Of a stretch of DNA of 64,000 nucleotides, positions 1 to 9,998 are shown one piece after another; position 1 is the stretch's first letter, and each line of letters opens with the position of its first letter. The translations under genes and the position numbers were made by a program. Origin of the DNA: a virus; the IMG/VR virus record IMGVR_UViG_3300035190_001334, positions 64,001 to 128,000 of that record. One strand, given 5' to 3'. The notes below the pieces were generated by a model. It was not told the DNA's origin, ran no database searches, and saw nothing but the letters and a program-made list of their open reading frames with translations.

Positions 1-2915
1 AGACTGTTAATTGCTCCTTTGGGGTCAATATCAGCTTGTACAGTGATATTGCTCAATACACCTTGCAATTGAGGTAGAATTTTTGAGAACTCTTCAATAT
101 CAACTTTAGACAGGTCAATTTTATCTATTGTGAATATTTTGTCAAGTGTCTGCTTAAGCTGCGTAAACTGAGCTTTAGATGAACTATTGAAAGATACACT
201 TGTACTGATTGCAATAGGTACTGCACTATCAAAAGACTGTAATCTTCTCAACTGACTAGTCAGAAGAATACGTTTTTGTTCAATGTCAGCCGCTTTTTTT
301 TGTTGTTCAGCTTGTTTTTTTAGTGATTCAAGCTGCTCTTGAAACTCTTGGACTCTTTCGCGACTACCAACTCCACCTTTCTCTTCTTCAGCTTTTATTT
401 TTGACTGAACAGTAGCTACACGTTTTTCAATGATGTCTTTTTGAGCTTGAAATGAATTTCTAACGGCTTGTACATCTTCTTCATTAAGAACAATACCAAG
501 TTGAATTTTTTGCTTGGCAGTTTTTTCAGCGTCAGTTACAGCCTTGAAATTACCAGACTTGATACCAGCTTGGTCGGTATTGACTTGAGATGTTAAAAGT
601 GAAGTAGCTCTATCTGCTTCGCGTTGAAATCGGTCATTTTGAGCAGCATTGCCATTAAGAATATTGAAACTTTGCCCTAAATTACTGATAATAGTATTCA
701 GAGCTTTTGCGTCAGAGCTTAGACCTTTAAGTTGGGTTCTTGAATCGCTTATCCCTTTTACAAATTCATCGAGTCCAGCAACACCTTTAAGCTCCTTTAG
801 GTCGTTGGCTAGTTCTTTTACTTCAGGGATACTTGCTGCGTTAGCGTAAGCGTTAAATGAAGTCACACCACCCGCAAGAGCCGTGCCAAGTAGTGCAATT
901 CCACCACCAACAAGTCCAGTTGATAGCCCAAAACTTAGTAGTTCCTTGGTTGCACCTCCGATTACGTTACGAATAGGAGCCGATGCATTGTAAAGTTTAC
1001 CGACAGCACCCGTAGTCTTGTCAAAACTTTCTTTTGTGCTTGCGATGAAGTTCTTGTTCGTTGGTGTCTCAACAATCACATTAGGATTTACTAACGCTTT
1101 TGCCCCACCTTTAGTAACTTCTTTACCTACATTGGAAATCTCTTCATTGACTTGCTGGACAATACCCTTGACCTTGGAGACAACTGCTTTGGCAATTCTC
1201 ACAATTGCAGCTTCTATTTTTTGTGCGAGAGTTTCGTACTTTATATCACCATCGTCAAGTTTGAGGGCTTGCTTGATTGTTTGACCTAAGCGACCAAGAT
1301 TCTTGAACAGAAAAGAGAAAAATGCAAGTGGAGCGACCACACTGAATACGCTACCGATGAATCCAGAGACAGCCTGAAACTTATTGGCAATTCCGTCAAG
1401 CTGACCTGCAAATGAGCCAAAACTGCTACTACTCTTAGTTGCAAGAACTCCTAGCAAAGTATTTGTATCTTGCAGATTCTTTTTGACAGATTCTCCTACA
1501 CCAGAGCCGAAATCTTCGACCGCAGCTTGTGATTTGTTGAACGAAGACCTAAACGCACCTTCAAGAGTTTCACCACGCTCCTTAGCGCTTTGCTTCAGCT
1601 TGTCCTGACCAATGCTGCTACCTGCTTCATCAATAGTTTGTCGGAAGCTTTTACGATTCTCTCCGCCAGACTGCAACAATGCGTTCGCCGCCTTGACTGC
1701 TTCACTCGAACTGAAAATTCTATTAAGAGCATCCCGACTTCCGCCAGTAGCTTTGCCCAAACGCTCGATAATGCTAATCAGACCATCTTGCTTGAGCGCC
1801 CCAAAACCAAATTGAATTGGCTTACCAGCTTCATCTCTGAGAATACCTAAAGCTTCCTGCGCCTTTGAGCTATTATTAACAATCTCAGAAACAAGCGAAC
1901 GAATCGCAGTTGAACCTTCGCCAGCAGATAGACCTTGTGTAGTGACAAGAGCCAAAGCCGTAGCCATTTCCTCGAACGCAACACCAGCACCTACACCAGT
2001 TGACGCTAATTCAGCCGCTTCGCTGTTTAGCTGATTGAGGGTGAGAATACCTACCTTAGTAGTCGCAAAGAGTTGTGAAGCCCGTTTATCGGCATCTCTG
2101 AAGCTATCCCCTAAGTTCTTATTGGCAGAAAGAATCTTGACAATCCCTTGATTGGTTCCTTCAATATCAGCAAAACCAACTTCAGATAGGTTGATAGACG
2201 CGCTACCAACACTTTTTTGAGCTAGTTTGGAGGCAAAACCCGCAGAAGCAACGTCATACTGAGCATTGAGGGTCTGTGTAGAGTTTGTGGCAAAATTTGT
2301 CTCACGTTGTAATTCGCGCAAAGCCTTGATACGAGCGCCAACCGCACTGAGAGCAGATTCCTCGCTAGTGGTTGTTATTGTGGCAAGACGAAATGCAGCA
2401 CTCTCAACTTTGCTATACGCAGCAACCGCGCCGATAGACCATTTTTGGTATGAACTGTTGTCGAAGATAATTTGGCTGGCAGTACTAATGCGATTGAATA
2501 CACCGTCAGTAGTCTCTTCAAGAATCTTGATGTTCGCACCAAACTCTTTTGTGCCAAGAATTGCTTCGCTGAAATCTAGACTCTTACTGATACCGACTAA
2601 GTTCTTGACAGAAGTATAAGCGCCATCTACAATGCTTTTTGCGCCTTGAATCTTGTTGAATGCACTGCTGATGTTGGCTACAGCAAACGTGGCATTTATA
2701 GCGATGGAGCCGAGCGCACCAAGAGAAGCACCTAATTTAGCCGTCTGACTAATATTAGATGCCCAAGTACCCGACAATTTAGTGAGACTTTTATCAAGTT
2801 CAGCAACGTTGCCGAGCGTACCCCGAATATCCTCGCCAATGTTTAGAGTGCCTTTATTAAGCGCATCTTTAATTGCTGACTGAGATGGGGATGTATCTAT
2901 TGAGGGTGCTGCCAT
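1..2915 (-). CDS. Tail tape measure protein (N-terminal part, runs off window start)
   Basis: ATG at 2915 (MAAPSIDTSPSQ...). Long Ala/Ser/Leu-rich helical frame with TLNAQYDVASAGF, typical of the TP901-type tape-measure core. Lies directly after the tail chaperones. Absent from the ORF track because its stop is outside the window. Confidence 0.85.
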   Translation of the reverse strand, partial: MAAPSIDTSPSQSAIKDALNKGTLNIGEDIRGTLGNVAELDKSLTKLSGTWASNISQTAKLGASLGALGSIAINATFAVANISSAFNKIQGAKSIVDGAYTSVKNLVGISKSLDFSEAILGTKEFGANIKILEETTDGVFNRISTASQIIFDNSSYQKWSIGAVAAYSKVESAAFRLATITTTSEESALSAVGARIKALRELQRETNFATNSTQTLNAQYDVASAGFASKLAQKSVGSASINLSEVGFADIEGTNQGIVKILSANKNLGDSFRDADKRASQLFATTKVGILTLNQLNSEAAELASTGVGAGVAFEEMATALALVTTQGLSAGEGSTAIRSLVSEIVNNSSKAQEALGILRDEAGKPIQFGFGALKQDGLISIIERLGKATGGSRDALNRIFSSSEAVKAANALLQSGGENRKSFRQTIDEAGSSIGQDKLKQSAKERGETLEGAFRSSFNKSQAAVEDFGSGVGESVKKNLQDTNTLLGVLATKSSSSFGSFAGQLDGIANKFQAVSGFIGSVFSVVAPLAFFSFLFKNLGRLGQTIKQALKLDDGDIKYETLAQKIEAAIVRIAKAVVSKVKGIVQQVNEEISNVGKEVTKGGAKALVNPNVIVETPTNKNFIASTKESFDKTTGAVGKLYNASAPIRNVIGGATKELLSFGLSTGLVGGGIALLGTALAGGVTSFNAYANAASIPEVKELANDLKELKGVAGLDEFVKGISDSRTQLKGLSSDAKALNTIISNLGQSFNILNGNAAQNDRFQREADRATSLLTSQVNTDQAGIKSGNFKAVTDAEKTAKQKIQLGIVLNEEDVQAVRNSFQAQKDIIEKRVATVQSKIKAEEEKGGVGSRERVQEFQEQLESLKKQAEQQKKAADIEQKRILLTSQLRRLQSFDSAVPIAISTSVSFNSSSKAQFTQLKQTLDKIFTIDKIDLSKVDIEEFSKILPQLQGVLSNITVQADIDPKGAINS

Positions 2916-2970
2916 GTTGCCTTACACTTCTTTTCCACTAACGTAGTTGCCTCCAATCATTGTATCATCG

Positions 2971-3423
2971 CTACTGATTGAAGAAGTCGAAGCTGTATTT
3001 CTTGATGCCTCTCAGGGTTCGCTTGTCTAGATTTTCCCAAGGTATTTGCTTATTGCCTAAATTGTCCAACAACTCGTTGAACTTCTGGTTTTTTATTTCT
3101 TGCAGCTTGATATCAGGAGAATACGAAGCTTCGCGTTTGAGGGCTAAAAGTGTCCGAATCTCCCAATAGTCAAGAGTGCGCCATAGCTCCAGAGCGTTCT
3201 CTGGATATGCAGAAAGAAGACAGTCAAGAATTACATCACTGACTTCAAATTCTACAGGGTCTTTGAACTGCGGGAAATTTAGTTCGGTAAGTCTTCGGTT
3301 GGTTTTGGCTTGTAGGTTTCGACTAGACTTTCGATTTCCTTCTCCCGTTCTAGAAGAAGTTTGCCCTGATTCAGTTTCCACTGATGGTAATGGTTCTGAA
3401 GGTGTAGCTCGAAGGGCAAAAAA
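2971..3423 (-). CDS. -1 frameshift extension of tail chaperone (gpGT-like)
   Basis: -1 frame is open from the slippery heptamer (F-A-L-R-A-T-P-S-E...) to the stop at 2971. Confidence 0.6.
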   Translation of the reverse strand, partial: FFALRATPSEPLPSVETESGQTSSRTGEGNRKSSRNLQAKTNRRLTELNFPQFKDPVEFEVSDVILDCLLSAYPENALELWRTLDYWEIRTLLALKREASYSPDIKLQEIKNQKFNELLDNLGNKQIPWENLDKRTLRGIKKYSFDFFNQ

Positions 3424-3800
3424 TGTAGCTTGCTGACCTCTGGTTCTGTAGTGCTTTCAACTTTGCGGGTCTTTTCGTCAATGGAGCCGTTGAATACTAA
3501 GCGAACGAGTTGTTCCCAGTTTTCCTTGAGGTCTTCATAGTCCAAATAGGCTTCGTCTTCGCCTTGAATTGGTAACAGTCCCAAATACTCTTTGATGAGT
3601 GCAACAATGTCGTCCTGAATAAATAACTCGGAAATGGCTCCGTTTACTTCAAGATACTTGCCTACTAACTCACCTTGAAGTTCAATTAGGCGTTTTAAAT
3701 TGCTTTGCGGAGTACGTCTTACGCGAACTTTTTTGCCGCTATCTAGAACGACCTCTAGGGTTTGGTAGGATGGTTTGTTTAATGTCGAGGAGCTTGCCAT
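3279..3800 (-). CDS. Tail assembly chaperone (lambda gpG-like)
   Basis: Upstream of the tape measure gene; contains slippery T TTT TTG at 3423-3417. Confidence 0.65.
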   Translation of the reverse strand: MASSSTLNKPSYQTLEVVLDSGKKVRVRRTPQSNLKRLIELQGELVGKYLEVNGAISELFIQDDIVALIKEYLGLLPIQGEDEAYLDYEDLKENWEQLVRLVFNGSIDEKTRKVESTTEPEVSKLHFLPFELHLQNHYHQWKLNQGKLLLEREKEIESLVETYKPKPTEDLPN

Positions 3801-4167
3801 AAAATTGTCCTAATTGTGTTTTTTCGTTGAGTGTTGATTTGTTTTGCACCGACAGCTTTGGTTGAAAAGCGTAAAGTGCCTTGTAGCCGTAAGATTCGTT
3901 GCGTGGGTCTTCTTTCTGATGTATAGACCGAAGAAAGAAAGAGCATATCCTACCATCAAAAGCCATCACATAGAAAAACAAGTCAAATATGTAATCCAAT
4001 ATGAGTGGACTTTCGTAATAATTAGCATAGCATATCTCTATTGTCGCTTTGTCTGAGTCAACAACAATATGGTAAGGGGCAGGGAACGTAAAAAAATCGC
4101 TATCCAAACTCCTGACAAAGAGGTTAGAGATAGCGAAATATTTAGTACCTTCACATTCGATACTCAT
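3739..4167 (-). CDS. Hypothetical tail-region protein
   Basis: 142 aa ORF, collinear within the tail operon. Confidence 0.55.
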   Translation of the reverse strand: MSIECEGTKYFAISNLFVRSLDSDFFTFPAPYHIVVDSDKATIEICYANYYESPLILDYIFDLFFYVMAFDGRICSFFLRSIHQKEDPRNESYGYKALYAFQPKLSVQNKSTLNEKTQLGQFYGKLLDIKQTILPNPRGRSR

Positions 4168-4173
4168 TTAAGT

Positions 4174-5025
4174 TTATGCGCCAGTAGGAGCAGCTACACC
4201 AGCTTTGGTACGATAGTTGTTGAGGTCGATTTGATACTGACCGATGTTGCTGTAAGTCAAGGCTGAGTAGTTCAGACCATTAAAACCTTCAGTGCTACCG
4301 ACAACCTGAGAACCGTCAAGAGTTGCAGAAGAAATGCTGAGAGTGGCTTTTGCATTTACTGCGTTATCAACAGGAGTTAAGCGAAGAACTGTTAACACGC
4401 CATCAACTGCACCGCCCTTTATGGTGACGTTGCCAGCTACGCCTGTGGTCGCTACTGTGCTGTCGAAGTCGATTTCGTTGGGGTTAGCTACGGCAGTGGA
4501 CTTACGGACTGCTGTGACGCGAATCTTGGGGGTTACAGAGACGCTTGCAACTTTACTTTCGGTAAGGGCTTTGTCAATGTAGATTTTACGGGCTGCGTAG
4601 TCGATTTTGGTGACAATTGTATTACTAGGAATACCTGTGCCAGCAGAAGCTACGGTAATTGCATCCCCAGACTTCACACCTAAGTTGGTGCTGTTGTAGT
4701 TTTCGTCATAAGTAATTTCCTTCAATCCAGAAGCCAAATAGACGTTATTAACCGCTACGTTGCTTTTTGCAGTCAAGGAACCAGTCGCAACTGCGGTAAT
4801 AAAATCACCAACACGAACTTTATCGAATGCACCAGCAACTTCAGCTTTTAGTTTGGATTGGGTAGCGATAGGAATGACAGATGCGGTGATGTCAGCTTGT
4901 GCAACAGCGATAGTTACAGGAACGTACTCAGAGTCACCAATTGTTTTGATTGGGTTTGTGCTGAGGTCGAGGGTTGTAAGTACTGTAGGATTAGCTACTC
5001 CTAAAGCAATTTGAATGTTTGACAT
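4174..5025 (-). CDS. Virion structural protein, possibly major tail protein
   Basis: Thr/Val/Ala-rich beta-type composition; sits between neck genes and chaperones. Confidence 0.5.
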   Translation of the reverse strand: MSNIQIALGVANPTVLTTLDLSTNPIKTIGDSEYVPVTIAVAQADITASVIPIATQSKLKAEVAGAFDKVRVGDFITAVATGSLTAKSNVAVNNVYLASGLKEITYDENYNSTNLGVKSGDAITVASAGTGIPSNTIVTKIDYAARKIYIDKALTESKVASVSVTPKIRVTAVRKSTAVANPNEIDFDSTVATTGVAGNVTIKGGAVDGVLTVLRLTPVDNAVNAKATLSISSATLDGSQVVGSTEGFNGLNYSALTYSNIGQYQIDLNNYRTKAGVAAPTGA

Positions 5026-5064
5026 AGTTATTTGTTCTTAACGTTAAGATTTAGTTTAATTATA

Positions 5065-5547
5065 TCAGTACGCAAATACCGCGCAATTTATCTTGGCTAA
5101 GTCGAATATTCTATCAGTTTTATCAACCGACTCATATCTGATAATAATCCCTTGTTCTTTGTCAATAGTAAAAGGTATATTGTCATCAACCTCACTATTT
5201 TGAAGTATACGACAAATTTCTTTAGCTACATGGTGAGTTAATCCTGAAGCTGAGTCTGTATGCTTGTACGACAATACATAAGCAATTGTAAGGCTAATTA
5301 CATTACCTGCGCCAATAGGGAACAAAAAAGACTCCTCATTACGAAATATCTTCAGCAGTGGGTAGATATTCGTCCCTAGAGGCAGTTTGTTGGTGTTGTC
5401 TACTGTATAACTGGAAATAGCTGATTTGCCGCCTAAAGGCGTACTGAACGTAATATTAACCTCATTTCTAATGTACGCCGCAATTGTCTGAAGGTCTACG
5501 TCAGGAAACTTAAAATCGATTGGGTAAGTGGGACGGTCTATGAACAT
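5065..5547 (-). CDS. Putative tail terminator/completion protein
   Basis: 160 aa with YPLL motif; synteny. Confidence 0.45.
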   Translation of the reverse strand: MFIDRPTYPIDFKFPDVDLQTIAAYIRNEVNITFSTPLGGKSAISSYTVDNTNKLPLGTNIYPLLKIFRNEESFLFPIGAGNVISLTIAYVLSYKHTDSASGLTHHVAKEICRILQNSEVDDNIPFTIDKEQGIIIRYESVDKTDRIFDLAKINCAVFAY

Positions 5548-5556
5548 GGCTTCGCT

Positions 5557-6258
5557 CTACCAAAAACTGATTGTATCTTGATTGCGATAATTACCAGAAG
5601 GAGGAATGTACCGAGCGCGTCGAGTCTGTACTCCATCTATAACGAAGTCACTATCGTTAGTACCAACAACATCATTGAAATCGTCAGCACAATAAAAACT
5701 AGGCTCGATGTTTAAGTTCTTCTTGAAAATATCTGTGTCGCTTGTGCCGTCATTGTTAAAGTCATAACCAATGAAGGCTTTGAGTTCTTCACCAGCCAGT
5801 ACGATGTTTTTGTTTTGTTGTTGCTGAGCGTTAGGGTCATTTTGAATAGCTTGAAGTGCTGCGTTTGCACCAGCTACGAAGATGCCAGTACCCGCAAATA
5901 GCGATTGCAGCCTATCTAAGCCACGTTGCAGTGTTATTTGGCTAAATCCATCATTGTTAGCTTCACCGTCGGTCTGACGAGGAAATTTGAAGTCAATGAT
6001 TTTGGCAATTGCGATATCTTCAGCAATCATTTTCAGATAGTTGACTGTAGATGCCTCGGTAAGCTTAAGAGGGAACACATAAATCATTTGAAGATATGTG
6101 TCGATGTCACCTGATTCAATTTCGTCTACAAGCATCTCGACAGTTTCAGTATCAATCTCTTGGGTAGCGATACCAGTGATGCCAGATGTCTCGAAAGGCA
6201 CAACTTCGAGGCGACCTTTTAGCTTTTTTGTTAATGAGGAGATGTTTGCGTATTTCAT
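5557..6258 (-). CDS. Putative head-tail adaptor (Mu gp36-like)
   Basis: N-terminal YA, 'IDTYL...YVFPL' and 'IAEDIA' pattern; synteny. Confidence 0.55.
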   Translation of the reverse strand: MKYANISSLTKKLKGRLEVVPFETSGITGIATQEIDTETVEMLVDEIESGDIDTYLQMIYVFPLKLTEASTVNYLKMIAEDIAIAKIIDFKFPRQTDGEANNDGFSQITLQRGLDRLQSLFAGTGIFVAGANAALQAIQNDPNAQQQQNKNIVLAGEELKAFIGYDFNNDGTSDTDIFKKNLNIEPSFYCADDFNDVVGTNDSDFVIDGVQTRRARYIPPSGNYRNQDTISFW

Positions 6259-6266
6259 AACTGCGT

Positions 6267-6794
6267 TTAGCCGTAAAGTAGTTTTCCGACATAGGGGAGA
6301 TAGCCTTGACGAATAGCAGACTTACCTTCGCGGAATGTGTCTAGTTTGGCTCGATAGTTGGCTCTGGCGTTGGCACTCTCACGAATTTTATTCTTAGCTT
6401 CGATTTCTCGCTGCCGATGGATAGCTTCGTTGATTTGTTGGTCAGTCATCTCTGCTAACTCATCATCGGGGATATCATCGATGGAGTAATATCTTTGGCG
6501 ACCAGTTAAGTTTAGGAACTCGGCTACTCGTTGATTGTCAGGGGCAGAAAAAGGAGATGAGTAGTTACCTAGCCCAAAATTAGCTAAATTAGTGTTCATA
6601 AATGCGAATGTCATGTTCTTGCCCATACCTGCTGAGATTACACCTTTGCGGCGCTTTACTACTGGTGCTGTGAAACCGCCACTTTTCTTGTTGGTCGCGC
6701 CCATACGAGCTTGGGGCAATCGCTCTCCGAAGAGTGGCTTCATTGCCCCTTGTTTCATCTTGGGTAGGTTTGGCGCTTTAAGCTGATTTTCCAT
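6267..6794 (-). CDS. Hypothetical head-associated protein with AxF motifs
   Basis: Basic N-terminus followed by NLANF and RVAEF. Confidence 0.55.
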   Translation of the reverse strand: MENQLKAPNLPKMKQGAMKPLFGERLPQARMGATNKKSGGFTAPVVKRRKGVISAGMGKNMTFAFMNTNLANFGLGNYSSPFSAPDNQRVAEFLNLTGRQRYYSIDDIPDDELAEMTDQQINEAIHRQREIEAKNKIRESANARANYRAKLDTFREGKSAIRQGYLPYVGKLLYG

Positions 6795-7305
6795 TTGTGG
6801 TTTCTGCGGTGTAGCCGAATGTCTTGAGTCCTTCGTAGACTAGACCATGAGTAGGGTCGGGCAGTTCAAAGTCGATAACGGCAATGTCTTCCCATTTCTT
6901 GCCGCCCTTGAGTGGAGCGATGCGGTCTAGTTGTGCGTATGATTCAATTTTAGCATCTTTACGAGCTTCGGTGATTTTTTGGGTTGCTACTTTGCCGACG
7001 AACTTGAGGGCTTCAATTTCGGAAGGTTCTGCGGAATTGATTTTCAGCTTTTTGACTGTGTGGATTGTGGTTGTGTTGTCGAAGGTCAGGTCGTTGCTAG
7101 GGATGAAGGAGATATCAGGATTGAGGTTGGTGGGAGTAACGGCTTGGAACTCACTAGCGTTGACCAGAACTGCGGTAGATTTAGTTCTGGCTTCTACAAT
7201 GTCAATTTCTGTTTCACTGTAGATACCCTCTGGGACTACAAATCCCTCATAATTTATATATGCGGGAAAAATACGATATTGCTTTGGAGGTGTTTTGGGA
7301 ATCAT
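6778..7305 (-). CDS. Helix-hairpin-helix (ComEA-like) domain protein
   Basis: LKINSAEPSEIEALKFVGKVATQKITEAR HhH motif; start reassigned to MIPKTPP (7305). Confidence 0.65.
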   Translation of the reverse strand: MIPKTPPKQYRIFPAYINYEGFVVPEGIYSETEIDIVEARTKSTAVLVNASEFQAVTPTNLNPDISFIPSNDLTFDNTTTIHTVKKLKINSAEPSEIEALKFVGKVATQKITEARKDAKIESYAQLDRIAPLKGGKKWEDIAVIDFELPDPTHGLVYEGLKTFGYTAETTNGKSA

Positions 7306-7327
7306 AGTTGTATAAGTGTAGATGTAT

Positions 7328-8572
7328 TTATGATAGCAGAGATTGTAAAGCTTCAAGTCTAGCTAAATGTGCTTCTTCGGGTGTGTTGAAACTGCCGACA
7401 CGCTTAGTTTTGTTGTTTACAGATATAACAGAGTAAAACTTGTTGTACTTAGGATACACTCCAACAGGTAATTCTCGCTCTTTTTTAGGTTTGTTAAAAA
7501 GTTCTGCAAAAGATTCATCACCATCATAATAATATTTTTCGGCTTTGATACGATGCTCTCTTGCTTCCTCTTCTGTACCAAAGTTACCTACAGAAAATGT
7601 TTTATTGTTGACTGTAATACAGGCTGTGTAAGTACCATGCCCATTTCTACTGACTCCAACGCCTTTACGCTTTTGGTTAGTTTTAGTTTTAGCTTTTGAA
7701 CGCGCAGCCTCTAATTCTTTCTTAAATTCATGTTGTCCATCCCAATATACTTTCTCAGCAAGACTTCTCACTAGACGCGCTTGCTCTTCAGTTTCGTACC
7801 TACCGAGTTCTGTAGTTTTCCCATTGTAAAAAATACTTGCTGCCCAACTTCCACTTTCAACCAAACGTACTCCTAACCCATAGATTCTGGAGTTAGCTAT
7901 ATACTTACCGTCTTTTTCTACTCCTCTTCTGTGGGTAAACAACTCATCTAATTCTGATTGTTTTTCCGCGATACCATCAATATACAATTCTTCGGCAACT
8001 TTTCGTACTTGTCTTGCTAATTCTTCTGTTCTATATTTACCAAGACAAACTTTTTTATTCGTTCCAATCTCAACCTTTATAACTACACCCCAACAATCAT
8101 CCGCGTATTTTGTTACACCAGACCCACGAACTAATCTAGCTTTTGATAACTTTAAACGTGTCTCTTCTGAAACAGCCTTACCAAAATTAGGATTTTTCTC
8201 TCCTTTATTGTTTTCCGACATCTTCTTTCTTGTATTTTCCGATATAGGAATAATTTCAGCATCAGGATTTGTAATCTTCAATACGTTATAGCATAAAGAC
8301 CAGTCCTCTACGCCATCTAAATAAGTTTGCTCTAATTGTCTAATTTCTTTTACTGTAGCGTTTTCCAAAAGTTCTACAATCTCAAAGAAGAAATTATCTT
8401 CTCCGTTTTTAGTGAAAGAAGCCTGTAGTTGCTTATTACCGTGTTTACCTCTTCTTAATCTTGATAAGTGAGTACTTTTTCTGTAATTGAGATTGTTGCT
8501 TGAACCAATGTAATATTTTCCATTGATTTTATTCGTGATTTTGTAAATTCCAGCCGATTTAGGGAAGTCCAT
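7328..8572 (-). CDS. Free-standing GIY-YIG homing endonuclease with NUMOD3 and four AP2-like repeats
   Basis: GIYKITNKINGKYYIGSS; SEETRLKLS; repeats LGKYRTEELA, LGRYETEEQA, VGNFGTEEEA, VGSFNTPEEA. Confidence 0.88.
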   Translation of the reverse strand: MDFPKSAGIYKITNKINGKYYIGSSNNLNYRKSTHLSRLRRGKHGNKQLQASFTKNGEDNFFFEIVELLENATVKEIRQLEQTYLDGVEDWSLCYNVLKITNPDAEIIPISENTRKKMSENNKGEKNPNFGKAVSEETRLKLSKARLVRGSGVTKYADDCWGVVIKVEIGTNKKVCLGKYRTEELARQVRKVAEELYIDGIAEKQSELDELFTHRRGVEKDGKYIANSRIYGLGVRLVESGSWAASIFYNGKTTELGRYETEEQARLVRSLAEKVYWDGQHEFKKELEAARSKAKTKTNQKRKGVGVSRNGHGTYTACITVNNKTFSVGNFGTEEEAREHRIKAEKYYYDGDESFAELFNKPKKERELPVGVYPKYNKFYSVISVNNKTKRVGSFNTPEEAHLARLEALQSLLS

Positions 8573-8671
8573 AATTTTGTAATAAGGATATTAAGGATAA
8601 AAGAAAAAAGTGGGAGGCAGTCCTTAAGCTGTTTTCGTATTGCAATTACTATCCCACATAACTATAATAAC

Positions 8672-8710
8672 AAAAATCTCTCCCTAAACAATATGTCTAA
8701 GGAGAGATTT
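8672..8710 (-). terminator. Rho-independent terminator after major capsid gene
   Basis: Minus strand aaatctctccttagaca-tat-tgtttagggagagattt followed by T residues. Confidence 0.65.
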
Positions 8711-8734
8711 AATTTTAACTAATTAGCATTAGTA

Positions 8735-9982
8735 TTAGGAGATGACAGTTAAACCGTCAGCAGGGTTGAAAGTGGTAAATTCCGCAAGATTTACTGAACT
8801 TTCCAAGTTAGCCAATTTAGCAAATTTACGTGCGCTTCCAGTGCGACCAATAGTAGGAGCCGCAACCAACTGCATACTTGCAGTGTTGGTGATGGAAAGA
8901 GGTGGGTCGCCAGCTTTGGTGTACGTGTTGACGTAGATACCTGCTTTTCCTCCGTTCTCAAGAGTTCCGCCAAGAATACGATTAAACTGACCTTGACGAC
9001 TTAGGAATACTACAGTACCTTCATCAAGTACACGAGTAGGAACTGACTTGCCTTCATTGTCTGTTAGTTCTACATAGTCGTCAACTAAGACGAACTTAGG
9101 TAAAAATCTGCGAGTTAGAACTTCATTAACTTGGTCAATAGAAGGAGTACCAGTAATAACGTTACCGATAACATTAGCTGCAACTACAGCTTCCTTAACC
9201 GACTTACAACGAACCATATTCAAAAGAAGACGTTCGCTAATTGCAATTTCGTCAGCAGGGAACCCGTTAACCCACTTGTAGTTAGAGTGCATATCTACAA
9301 GGTCTTGTAAAGGGTCAGCAGTTTCGTGCTGAGTCCAGTCGCGCTTGAGAGAGTCAACAGTTTCAGTTCCGTTGTAATCCGTTTGATATACGGGCTGAGG
9401 GAACATATTTCTGCGAACAGGCTGAGCTTTTAACCAATTTAACGAAACGTTCAGACCTGTACGACGGTCGGTATACGCCATTTTACCAGTTTGTAGAGTC
9501 TGCCAAGCAAGATAGTCAATCAAATTGATGTGACCACGAACAAGAGAAGCTACAGAACCAAAAATGACCTTAGCCAATTCGTTATCTTGCCCTAACTGCA
9601 CTTTACCTTCAGAAACTTGAATATTCTGAATGGTGATGTTGCGTAACTTAGCGATTTCGCTAACTTCTTGCATACGCCACTGCGTATCTTCATCCCAGTG
9701 ATACGAAATCGCTGCTTTGAAGTTACGAGCTTGAATGCGAGAGAAGTCGCCTTTTTTCGCTTCAGGATAATCCTGACCAGTTGCAACAAGAGACGCAATG
9801 GGGTCTGTGGTTGTCCCAAGATAAGCAAGCCAATCACGACCTGTCTTTTCAATCAAGGGAACATAAGTGTTGAGAACTTTGCTGCGTTCTTTGGTCTGAC
9901 GAAGGGTATTGTTGATAACCAAGTCCGCCGCCTTAGCAGCGCGTGCTTCTTTTAAAAAGCTTTCAATAGGGGACATTGCCAT
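8735..9982 (-). CDS. Major capsid protein (lambda gpE-like family)
   Basis: 415 aa; 'LAWQTLQTGK' and 'W...TADPLQDL' patterns; follows scaffold and decoration genes and precedes a terminator. Confidence 0.85.
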   Translation of the reverse strand: MAMSPIESFLKEARAAKAADLVINNTLRQTKERSKVLNTYVPLIEKTGRDWLAYLGTTTDPIASLVATGQDYPEAKKGDFSRIQARNFKAAISYHWDEDTQWRMQEVSEIAKLRNITIQNIQVSEGKVQLGQDNELAKVIFGSVASLVRGHINLIDYLAWQTLQTGKMAYTDRRTGLNVSLNWLKAQPVRRNMFPQPVYQTDYNGTETVDSLKRDWTQHETADPLQDLVDMHSNYKWVNGFPADEIAISERLLLNMVRCKSVKEAVVAANVIGNVITGTPSIDQVNEVLTRRFLPKFVLVDDYVELTDNEGKSVPTRVLDEGTVVFLSRQGQFNRILGGTLENGGKAGIYVNTYTKAGDPPLSITNTASMQLVAAPTIGRTGSARKFAKLANLESSVNLAEFTTFNPADGLTVIS

Positions 9983-9998
9983 TTTTTATATTTCTCCG

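Noticed and set aside
649-2619. Plus-strand ORFs in the track across the tape measure gene (and similar antisense ORFs elsewhere)
   Set aside because: Shadow frames of real genes on the opposite strand, with no recognisable motifs
6778-7305. Photosystem II PsbU auxiliary gene
   Set aside because: Only a generic HhH motif is shared; no signal peptide; lies in the head-neck operon
7328-8735. Group I intron hosting the GIY-YIG ORF
   Set aside because: The capsid gene ends with a stop and terminator, the next gene has its own start, and no intron core elements were recognised
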